Source: Phallusia mammillata
Lineage: Eukaryota
Assembly (NCBI GenBank): GCA_965637545.1
Contig: OZ281497.1
Location: 18,910,001-18,974,000, forward strand
Reading direction: 5' to 3'
Length of the DNA stretch: 64,000 bases
This document shows positions 46,721 to 57,400 of this stretch, in pieces (the first letter of the stretch is position 1; each line of letters starts with the position of its first letter). The notes below the pieces were generated by a model, which searched no databases, had not been told where the DNA came from, and saw only the letters and a list, made by a program, of their open reading frames with translations. The position numbers and the translations under genes are program-made.

Positions 46721-49403
46721 ATGTTTAATAAACCGTTTCGTGTCAAATCTAATGTTGCTCTGCGGAGTTCAGAACGAAAACGTATACTTAATCAAGTAAA
46801 GCAGCTTTACTCGACCGAGGAAAATGAAGAGCAACTATCCGGTTGTTTTTCAAGTAAAGAAGAAACTAACGTCGTAAAAATCCAAACCCACAAGTGAGTG
46901 CGAGCTACAACATATATTATATAAACAATATAAATTGGTAAAACAGTATTTTTACAGGGGTAAGTCGGTCACAATTTATACTGCCCAAAAGGATGCTTTA
47001 TTTTTTGAACTGGACAATCGCCTTTTCCCAACACTGCCTGCCATCTGGAGATTCAACATTAGATTGCCTGCCTTGACAACACACTTACCTGTGATACCAA
47101 AACTTGCAAATGGTGCAGGTAAAAATATGTCAACAGAGTTATTTAGCTACTTGTGCTTTTTTACTTTTTTGAGGACGATTTGTTATATATCTTTTCAGAT
47201 CTTATGCTACCAGGAGTAGTTTTACCACAATTAATAGAGCAATGGATCTCATTTGCAAAGGGTGCTATAGTGGGTATCAACACAGAGGAAAATATCACTT
47301 GCCTTTCTCTTGGAATAACCTTGATGTCATCTGAAGATATGCTGCACAACACAGGTAATATAATCTGTAATATATATTTCATAAAACATTAACAAAAGGA
47401 GAGGTGTACAAAACCACCATAATATTTTTTTAGATAGGCACGGTAAAGCTGTACAAATTGTACACAACTTTGGGGATCATCTCTGGGCATTTGGAGAAAA
47501 GGTTCAACCACCAATTGTCAAACCAACTATGGAAGAAAACATTATGGCTTTGGAGCAAAATTCTAAAAAGCCAGCTGGTTTCGAAACTGTTGAAGCAGCT
47601 GAACAAATCTCTATATTGCCTGAGAACACACAAACCACTGAAGATACAACACCCACAATAAATGAATGTGAAGAGGAAGAAATCAATTCAAAATTGCAAA
47701 AAGTGGAAATCAATTCAAATATTGATGGAAGAGATGTGCATGAATCTCAAAATGCAATTTACTCAGAAACAGTTGATGCAAAGCCAGAACCAGAGTTAAT
47801 GGATGATCTGCTGGAGTTCTGTTTCCTAAATGGGCTAAAAGGAAGGTTAAAAGACAAAGACCTTCCAATTTTAGCAAGCACTTTTTTCAGGCAAGGTTAA
47901 AATTTTGGTTTGTTGAATGCATCATATCCAGTGTCAGATAAACCAAAATTTATATTTTAGAAACCATGTGTTACCAAGTTGTCCAGCTGACAAAACTCTG
48001 GAAATAAAAAAGACAACATTTAAAAAATTTGGCAAATACCTCAAACATGTTGCTGAGATCAAGCTTGTTGAAGTAAAAGAACTGTCCAAGGGCAATGATA
48101 GTATTGTTGCTGTCAATAGGGGCCATGATTTGTAAGTTTGACCATTCAACACCTAATAGGTCGACCTATTGACCTATAAACGTCATCATTACTTCTATAG
48201 GTACCGTGCATTTAAACTTGTTACCACCAAGACTCATAATGATGAGGGCTCTACTTCAAACACCGAGAGTTATTGTGGAGTTATTACTCAAAAAACTTAC
48301 GAACCCCCTGAAGTATCAGTTGTATATGGTGTCAATCATGCTACCAAAGACTTTTTTGCATTGGCTGGTGTAAAAAAGGTAATAAATTTCGCACGATATT
48401 AAAAACAAAAATAATTGGGATAATTGTTTTCTGTACCAGGGTGCAGTTTTTGCTTCTGGTGATATTAGGCAATTAGTAACAACTTATATAAAAGAAAATG
48501 ATCTTGGCAAGGGAAGAATGGTGACCCTTGACCCTATACTTCATAATGTTGTCTGTGGCAAGGGGCAGGAAGACACAACAGAAGTTCCATGGGACCATTT
48601 ATTTAGAACGTAAGCAACTTTGAAAAATTTTAGTTATCAACCACTTTAAATATGTTTTTTTTTCTGATCAGATTATTGTCAAAAATGCAGTTGAGTCACA
48701 AAATAACTTTCAAAGGGACTGACCCAATCATAAAGAAAGGGGAACCCCCCACAGTGAACATTGCCACACAAGTTAGGACTGGCAATAAAAAGGTAATTTA
48801 ACAAATTTGTCGTTCAACTGGTGTAATGCTAAAACAAAACGACAAATTTGTTAAATATGCAACCTGGTGGACGAAACGCATTCAGTATTTTCAATAAAAA
48901 GGTAAACTTTTTGTGTTTAATTTTACAAATAAGGTAAATGTATAGTTAACACATTGATGTATTTTAATGTGCCATGTCCTGATGCTATATAAACACAGGT
49001 AACCTTGGTGAAAAATCTGGAAGCTTTCTACATTGATCCACAACAGTTTGCAGACATTGTCCGAAAGCAAGCACAAGCCAGCACTTCTCTTTCCACTGTT
49101 CCTGGATCAAACCCAAAAAGTCCGATGCAACAGGTATAAATATACATACATGAACGCAAAAACTTTTATTGTTGTACATATTATTTGGCTACAAAATGCA
49201 TTTTTTGTCGACAGTACGGTTTAAAAACAAGCTGGACAATAAATCGGGAACCTAACCCCTTGCATGTTGTGCAGGTTCTGATCCAAGGAAACCAAGTAAG
49301 CTGCGTGGAATCAATTTTAACCGGAGATCGCTACAAACTTGCGTCCAAGTTTTTAATGGGTCTGGAAAATGCCCCGAAAAAGAAAGGAAAGGGCAAGCGA
49401 TAA
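46721..49403 (+). CDS. EIF2D: Eukaryotic translation initiation factor 2D (ligatin), multi-exon
   Basis: MFNKPFRVKSNVALRSSERKRI..., LFPTLPAIWRF...KLANGA|DLMLPGVV (PUA), LPILASTFFRQ, EIKKTTFKKFGKYLK, a SWIB-like VTLDPIL segment and SUI1-like C-terminal VQVLIQGNQ...GLENAPKKKGKGKR*. Matches the human EIF2D order. Confidence 0.95.
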
Positions 49404-49752
49404 TCAAGAAACACTTGCGAATTGATGGTTCATGGCTTTCTATCAAGCTATATACGACTTGGCTCTACATGTCAAGCAGATGTACTCTGTTCCATGTGGT
49501 GTTTGTTGACAAGGAGTGTGGTATTTTTGAAGTACCGCAGCCGCGGAGATTAATTTTATTTATATTTAAGAGTATTAGGCTATGTTCTCCACAGAATTTA
49601 CCGAAAATTAAAAAGTTACTTCCAAACGTGTCTGATAACATAATACCAATGTGCTAACATACATGTGGGATAATACTGACAAATCGCATACGTCGCTGAT
49701 TGGTGGGTCACAAATAGTTCATGTACAATGCTAAACAAAAGCAGTCTATTAT

Positions 49753-50808
49753 CTACACACTTGACGTCTGTGAAACTGCAGTGGAGCTTCGAGATCGCAG
49801 GGAAAAGTCAGACATACAGCTTTCCGAACAGATACAAAGGCGTTTCCAAGGCCACAAAATATCCCTCCAATTGTGAAACGAAATGACCAAACACAGTGAA
49901 TTGAGCAGAACGTTGAATCCCGTGAGGGCGAAGTGAAATAAAGGCGAAAGGATCGGTTCTTCGGATTCCAGCCGAACGATAGTAACTGCCATTGAGATCA
50001 CATCAGTCAGAAAGCAAACACTACCTGTGGTAATTGTTCGCCATATTAATGCGCGCATATTCGACGCGGAATGCGAAACACGTCCGTTTTGATTCGACAT
50101 CATTTTCTTTCTTTCTTGGTTCAGGCGGTACACCGGGTATATAAATAAAAATACCAGAAGGCTTTGAATGAAGGTACAGCTCGTGAGCCACGAAGCTGGC
50201 TCGAAAACGGGGTGCCATCGGTGCCAGAAAAAGGCAAGTGCCAACTGACTGAGTGCCACTGACACAACAGCCAAGATAGACAAGTTACTCATTACAATAA
50301 GTGGAGTCTTTCGTGTGTGCAAGTTCCGCAAAGGCGAGTCGCTAAAGTAGAACAAGCGCTGGCGGATCCACATGAAAACATAGGTAAGAATGATCAAGCT
50401 TCCGTATATTAATCGATTTGCCAGCATCGGACCTCCTTTGTACATTCCGGAGTGCACAATAAACTGTTGAATAGCGAGGTACACCACGGAGCCAACTGCG
50501 GCACCAGCACAGACAGCCATCATTAATGCTTTATACAAGCGACCTTGTTCCGTAATTCGACTTTCTGTTGTGTTGTTGTTCTGTCTGCTGCCCACATAGC
50601 ATGAAACGAGATAACAAAAAATTGCACAACACAGATAGATCGTTCCAATAAAAATAATGTTTAGTATGACGTACAATGACCAATCATCAAACTCGAAATC
50701 CTGAACTTCAAGCGTTGAATTACTGAAATGATTTCTGCTCGAGTTTATTGAGATGCCAAACGTTTCTTTCATGGTGTGGGTTTGTTTAGATAACATAGCT
50801 ATAGGCAA
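49753..50808 (-). CDS. Orphan seven-transmembrane (GPCR-like) protein, paralogue A, intronless
   Basis: 351-aa ORF with seven hydrophobic segments, N-terminal NxS sequons, WIRQRLFY after TM3, LFIYP in TM5, SFHNWRDILWPW after TM7 and a Ser/Thr-rich tail. Start codon uncertain (several Met). Confidence 0.82.
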   Translation of the reverse strand: MPIAMLSKQTHTMKETFGISINSSRNHFSNSTLEVQDFEFDDWSLYVILNIIFIGTIYLCCAIFCYLVSCYVGSRQNNNTTESRITEQGRLYKALMMAVCAGAAVGSVVYLAIQQFIVHSGMYKGGPMLANRLIYGSLIILTYVFMWIRQRLFYFSDSPLRNLHTRKTPLIVMSNLSILAVVSVALSQLALAFFWHRWHPVFEPASWLTSCTFIQSLLVFLFIYPVYRLNQERKKMMSNQNGRVSHSASNMRALIWRTITTGSVCFLTDVISMAVTIVRLESEEPILSPLFHFALTGFNVLLNSLCLVISFHNWRDILWPWKRLCICSESCMSDFSLRSRSSTAVSQTSSV

Positions 50809-51666
50809 CAGTGCAACTAAAGATCATTGCTTTCTGTGCAAGAATTCTACGCTGCAATGGTAGTGTTTGAAGATTCGTAGATCTTTCAAAGAATTTCTGC
50901 CTCATTCCTTAAAGAGCATCGTACTGAAGCAGGGGTGTTTCTCATTAACCCACCTTTTTGCATTCTGGAACTTGCAGCATGCATCCGGCATGAGCAGCAA
51001 AACGTCTATGATATGACTCGGCAAAATATAGTTCCGTTTTTGAGATCGCTGTTGTTGGGAAATGTCACGATTCGGATTTATATAGAGTCGTAATATAAAC
51101 TAAATCGTCTGGCATTTTTGGCGTAGTGAAATTTTTTGAACGAATTTCTAGTGCTATTCTAATTTTTGCAGGTGCACTTAAAACAAAATGCACCAAAGGC
51201 AGAGTTGGCTTTTCGTCGTATTTGTAACGTAACTTTTTTTGGTAAATCAAACTTATTTTATCCCAATTTTATGTCCAAAAGGGTTTTTGACGGGTTTACC
51301 TATTTTCAGGTACAAGTTTAAAGGGCTGATTTTTACTCGCCTTTCATCAACATTTTCTTTCCAATTCTTGTCTTGTGTTTCATTAAAAAAATTTACGTGT
51401 GGTCACTTTAATTAAGGCTCATAGAAATCAAATCCTGTCACGTGTTTGCTCGACTTGGGATACCCAAAAAATATTTGCTATGTTTTAGTGTAATTATTTG
51501 TTAAGTGCATTTTTTCTTCACCTTCACCTTTCAGTGATTTAAATGCTGCATTTAAAGAGTTCGGTTTCAGAAAAGACAACCCTATTTCTGACGCTTTGTG
51601 AATTGCGTGTTTGTAACTTTTAGTGTAGGCATACCGTTAGATGTCATGCAAGAGATATCACTCAAT

Positions 51667-51871
51667 GGTAGAGCTACTAACACTGAGCTTCACCTTTGCC
51701 CCGACCTGAGAACTTCTGGTAGGTGGCGCAATAGAGCATAGACTCAGCAATTATTCTTACCATAAACCCAAATTGCTGTAACAGCACCATAAACGCCTAT
51801 GCTCTGTTGCGCCACCTACCAGAAGTTCTCAGGTCGGACCAAAGGTGAAGCTCGGTGTTAGTAGCTCTACC
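51667..51871. mobile_element. Mutator-like (MULE) foldback MITE
   Basis: ~75-bp TIRs beginning GGTAGAGCTACTAACAC with ~4 mismatches, perfect 9-bp TSD TCACTCAAT (51658-51666, 51872-51880), ~55-bp spacer. Confidence 0.9.
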
Positions 51872-52346
51872 TCACTCAATGCATATAATCTTAATGCCGT
51901 CTTCACACGTTTCCTCTGTTTTAGCCCGAGAAACAAGTGGAAACTTTTTTTGCCTTGCTACTTGCGTTGATTCATCACACTTACTTTTGGTCTCAGAAAA
52001 AACTGATTCCCGCATATATGTTCATCTCGGTGTTGCGCATTGGTGACCTCACAAACGTCAAACGAAATTTCCAAAACCAGGATTATGAAAAGGGCGTGTA
52101 GGGGGCGTGATTAAAAGTTAGCAAACCTTTGCTTTCGGACACTGTAACATGGATCACAGGTACAAATTAGCCTGTACTAAATGCATGTGTTTTTTTACGT
52201 AAAAAACACGACTGGATTGTAGCACAACCAGGATAATAATTTTCAAGACAGCATAATAATTTGGAACACCGTCGTTTACTTTAGTTTATCACAGTTGACG
52301 CACACAAACGAAAAACCAAAAATAAAAACGAATGTAACTTCATAAA

Positions 52347-53402
52347 TTACATTGGAACGGCTACGGGCGATGCGTTTTCGTGATTCCTGTCGCAGAGGGC
52401 TTTCCAAGGAAATATCATCATTTGCCAATTGCTGAAAGACCCAACAAGTCCTGCTGTGTTACACAAACAGTTTAGGTCGGTGAATAGCATGACACCGAAC
52501 GCTAATTGAGTATTGGCGACATCATTGTTCACGATCCGTAAAATGACGTTTAAGAAGTCTGTAAAAAAGTGACCTACAGCCAGAAATAAGCATCTTCGAA
52601 GAAGTGCCTGTATTCCGTCAGATGCGATTGACATTCTTCCTTCAGAGTCTTTCCCAAAGAAACGCTTCCTTTGCTTGTTGAGTACGAATAAAGGATACAG
52701 GAACAGTATGAGCAGAGTGCTTTGCACTAGTGTGCAGCCAATTAGCCACGAAATAGCTTCGTATATCTCGTCGAATTTCACGTGCCAAAACCACACCAGA
52801 ACCATTTGTGTAGTGGCGTTCAGTATAACAAACACCAAGGACAGCGAGCTGCAGACCCTGAGGAATCGGTTTTTGTGCAGATGGCGAATCGGAGATGCAT
52901 CGTTATAAAATAGTCTTTGTCGAATCCAGAAGAACGCATACCCGAGGACGATAAGTCCACCGTAGACATACCTATCAGCGAGCTGAAGGGCATAGACATC
53001 GTCGATGGTAAACAAAATGGCCTGCTCCAAGGCAAAATGGACCAAGCACAAAAAGGCTGTGCACACGCATATTACCAACATGCCGAGCCTGTACAAAGCT
53101 GCCCCTTTGTCCACACTTCGTGTGGTGGCCTTCCTTGTGCTGAATCCATTAAATTTGTGATTTCCATTGCTACTCGATTCGACGTGGCTGTTTGCAGAGT
53201 CGTGTAGAGGACCGTTGTGCTTCCGATGCATTTCATTTCGGTGGTCAATGCTGCCCCGGGCAAAGACATAGCACACCAAGGCGCCAAATACGTAAACTGC
53301 CAATACAAACTGGATAACGATAATTCCGTAGATAATCCAGTCACCAGTTGTAAAATCGTTTGGTATCGGAAAACCATTATTTGTCGTGTTATTAACGTCC
53401 AT
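52347..53402 (-). CDS. Orphan seven-transmembrane (GPCR-like) protein, paralogue B, intronless
   Basis: 351-aa ORF colinear with 49753-50808: WIIYGII...ALVCY, ADRYVYGGLIVLGYAFFWIRQRLFYNDASPIRHLH, LFLYP, FFTD, GSFSNWQMMIFPW. N-terminal sequons NNT/NTT. Confidence 0.85.
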   Translation of the reverse strand: MDVNNTTNNGFPIPNDFTTGDWIIYGIIVIQFVLAVYVFGALVCYVFARGSIDHRNEMHRKHNGPLHDSANSHVESSSNGNHKFNGFSTRKATTRSVDKGAALYRLGMLVICVCTAFLCLVHFALEQAILFTIDDVYALQLADRYVYGGLIVLGYAFFWIRQRLFYNDASPIRHLHKNRFLRVCSSLSLVFVILNATTQMVLVWFWHVKFDEIYEAISWLIGCTLVQSTLLILFLYPLFVLNKQRKRFFGKDSEGRMSIASDGIQALLRRCLFLAVGHFFTDFLNVILRIVNNDVANTQLAFGVMLFTDLNCLCNTAGLVGSFSNWQMMIFPWKALCDRNHENASPVAVPM

Positions 53403-54470
53403 TTTGATGTGAACTTATTTTAGTGAATATAATACTGTACCGTTCTAAAAAACATTGTTCTGTAAAATAAAAATTGAACTATTATAGACTACCCTTCTAC
53501 AGCAAACAAACCCCTCCCCACACTATGACTCAAGACCAAATGCTGAGCTGTATCGAGCAAAGTTGAACCCAATTGACAAAGACACTATGACCTACTGCGC
53601 TAATGGATGCTAATTATATAGGCTCTGTGCAATGGACAAGTTTGTTTAAAACAATTACTTGCAACCATTTAACGATGAAAACGTGGTAGCCTAATGGTAT
53701 TGTTTACCGATATCTAACAACCTGACAGTGACTTTCAAGTAGCTTACAGTCGATTTAACAAGCTTACAATCACGTTGAACCGCTGCGGCTCCTAAAACAA
53801 TAATTTTTTAATAAATTCCATTTACGGAATAATTCTTCTTACCTCGATTTGCCCTCGCCTACGTTAGAACTCGGCCTCACAAAATATACACAGGCCAAAC
53901 CCCTGGGTTATTCGCAGGCCTAATTGTGCAGACCGCGAGATAATTGCGAACATCCACAATAGCCGGCGCAGATTGTTCCTGTAGTGCGACACCAAAACGA
54001 CACCGCAATTACTGTGGCTTACAAATACAAACATCGACAGTCAGCGTTGTCGCTGTTTGTTTGTCTGCCAAACAGTAAATCGCCTGTTCCATCTTTTGCT
54101 TTCATTGATGCTGTCACAAGACTGACAGACAGCAGCGCCGTGATCACTGCTTCTTATTTCCCCCCGAGCAAGTCACGACCTAAGCAAGCAGCACTACGTC
54201 ACAACTCAGCATTACTTCATAGTGATGACAAAGCGACAAAGTTTAGCGGAATCCGACAGAAGATTTTATTTGCAAAAATGCGATTCAAAACCATCACTTA
54301 ATGTGTGTAAGTGTCAAGTGACACCAGGTGACACGTGTCACGTCTTTTTTGTAGCACCGAAGTGACCAGAGGGTGATTTACATAACGAAAGTTTTTTGTC
54401 ACAAAAACATACACTGACAGAAGTTGAACTAGACACAATTGAGAACGGTAAACTTGACAGTTGTGGAAGG

Positions 54471-57400
54471 TCATTCTTGGCCTGTGCAGCGATCCCATGC
54501 TTGCTTAAAGCGGTTGGCGATCTCAGGGTACTTGAATCGAACCGTGAATTTTTCAATCGTGGTTGTACCCTCTGTATTATCAAAACACTTTTCGGATAAA
54601 CACCTTCACCAAGTACACAAACAAAGGCAAAAAATAGCCTCTCGGGTATTTTTGCTCAAGGTCACGAACATGGACAATGTTAGGACTAGCACACGTTTAT
54701 CAATCACGTTTACACCTTACTACCACGTTCTTACCGGCGTTATCTTGTGCGACATACATCCACGACTTTTCTGTGCTTGATATCAATCTCATACCTGGCT
54801 TGATGAGATGGTTGGCGCAAACTTTTAAAACCTGCATCACAAAAGTTTGTTTTGGGGATCGCTTTGTTTACTTACTGTGAAAAGCAAATTTTGAGCCAAC
54901 TTTTGCCAAAGAATTTTTGGGGAAAATGTGTAAACAAATATTTGCGTCAGTAAAACCGACATCTGTAAGTGGCAATTACAGTCGATTTCCACTTATACCG
55001 ATTTAATTTGAGATTAAAATCATGTCTCATGTGCCGAAATAATTAAATCATATGGCTTACCTATTACAGGTAAATTTAAGTCAGGACAAGGGCTTTTACG
55101 CCGAATAGGAATTCAGCACCGAAAGAGGCGGGTGTTTGTGTAGGTAGAAAAATCTTTATTTACCTGTTCTCGTCGCATAACAACCCTGTAGCTGTTGTGT
55201 ATGGGATGATGCAAAATTTTGATGTCTCCTAAACCGCGTTCTTTCCACGCGTCCCCAGCCTGATCGAAGCGATACAACTTACATCGTTCCTGGAAAATTA
55301 CCTGCAGAAGAAAAACACGTTGTACAATAAAACACGTTGTACTCCTTTAGGTAAAGTAGCCAACTTGTTAACAGCGAACTTGCAACACGAAATATGTTTT
55401 AATCGATAAAATCATTTTATCTTAACATAGGGTCACGAAATTTTTAAGCCAGGTTTGGGAGTTTTCATAAGAAGTGAAATTTAGATGGTGTATGGCAGGT
55501 GCGCCAGCTTTAACGCGAATTTGAATGCCCAAATTGTACGAAACTTTTGGGTTCTAACATTTGGCCAATCAAATTCGCGTTAAAGCATTTCAGTTTGTAA
55601 AAATAAGACAATTTATGTGTTTTTCCCTTTACCTGCTGTATTATTTTGGAAACAAAATGGCGTAGATGAGGCCTTATCACGTAACAAAAGGTTGAACAAC
55701 TTTTTGTTTGAAAATCAAAACGACATAACACAACATATTCGCTGCTGTATGATTTCGCTAAAGCTTGATTTTTTTCGCTACTTGGTCCATGTTTTCAAGG
55801 ACAGCTGGATCAAGTCGTATTTTGGAGATATGTGTTTTTTCAGAAAAATAAAAGTGAGAATGGGTTTTATAAAACGAAACCACGAAACCTCAAAACCAAA
55901 AGAGTTTTAAATAACATGCTTTTTTGTTGAAATGACATTGGGTGTGTTTCATTAAACATGATGTACCCAGTATATTAAGTGCCAGTTACAAGTTGCAAAA
56001 CAGAATATATCATCTTCACAAACTGATTTCTTCCTACTCTACAACAAATTGGGCTCAAAACAGGTTGGAAATTAGTGTTCACACGACATGTTCCAAAAAA
56101 TAATAATGTGTTTGTAACTGTAGCGTACTTTATTATACCCGCTACATTTGCGTACGTATGTAAGGAGTACTGACCTTAACCTAAATTGCTAAGTGTCTCG
56201 TGAAATTTTACCACATACATGCAAATGTGTTGGGCCTTCCTACCAGGAATATCAGTAAAAACTAAGCATCACCATAGAGTCATCACACGTCGGTGAACAT
56301 ATTTACAGTTTTCGGAAACCGAGTCAACGATTCTATAAAAAAAACTGCTGCACATGACTGATTGACTTGGTAATTCGCCGTGTAACGTGGCTGTCTAGTA
56401 GTCACAACAGTTTTTTATATGGAAGCCGAGGCTATTGGGTCAAATGTTACGCCACACTTTTAGGCACAATCAAATACGAACGACCTCTTAAACATCTAAA
56501 AATAGAATCAGTGTTAAATTATTATTTATTATTTTGAGACGTCATATGTATGTGACGTCACAGTGGCGAATACAGATTACGACAAGAATCAAACATTCGA
56601 TGTGTAATATGATTATACTTAAGTAAATGTACGCCAATATAGCTTTCTGAACCTGTACACTGTGGAAAAGACAATTGTTTTAAAAAGAACCAATTTGCGT
56701 TGTTGTAAATTGAACGTGGAATCTTTTTTAAGGCCTGTAACTGACCTCTTCGTCTTCTTCCCCGGTTTTCACCTCAATCTTGGGCGGAGGTTCAGCCATT
56801 GCTGGTTTGTATTCTGGATCATAAGCTTCAGGGTCTTGCTCTTTTTCGACGTTGCTGAACAACACCTTATCCGCGGCAGAAACGTTGAACTAAATAAAAA
56901 AGCGGCAAACAATCAGAAATATATAAACTCAATCTCCGATTAAAGGTTTGGAACTGAACACATTTGGGAGGTTTGTGATTGATAGGTAACAGACGTTTTT
57001 TACAAATACAAAACAGTACTTACAAAAGTTGTACATCACGTATGACTGGCCTAACTGACAGGACGAAGTTACCTAACAATCACACTTACCGCTGCATCTT
57101 TTCTGCTACCGAACGACTGGTTGTTGGTAGCACTTGAAGCCATAGCTGCAAACGTGAACGTTGAGGAGGTAAAGTTTCCGAACAGGTTTCCTCCTTCCGA
57201 AACAGACTGCACAGGTTCCGCCGGGTTCTCGGTCTGTTCAGGTGGTTCTTCTTCAATTTCCACTTCAACCCTCTGTGGTTCGGATTTTGACTCCTCTGCA
57301 ACTAAGGAAACGTTATAGCAGCATTGGAAAACAAATCCCCCAATAAACTATCCCGCAACTTGGCTTTCGCGACCATGTTGTGAGTATGCTGTTAAGCTTA

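Noticed and set aside
49753-54473. RANBP2 - 7TM - 7TM as an SL trans-spliced operon
   Set aside because: Co-directional, but CDS gaps of 1.1-1.5 kb leave room for separate promoters. It cannot be supported without transcript data.
54534-54543. tRNA T-loop-like GGTTCGATTC on the minus strand
   Set aside because: It lies inside the last RANBP2 coding exon (TVRFK) and no cloverleaf or A box is present.
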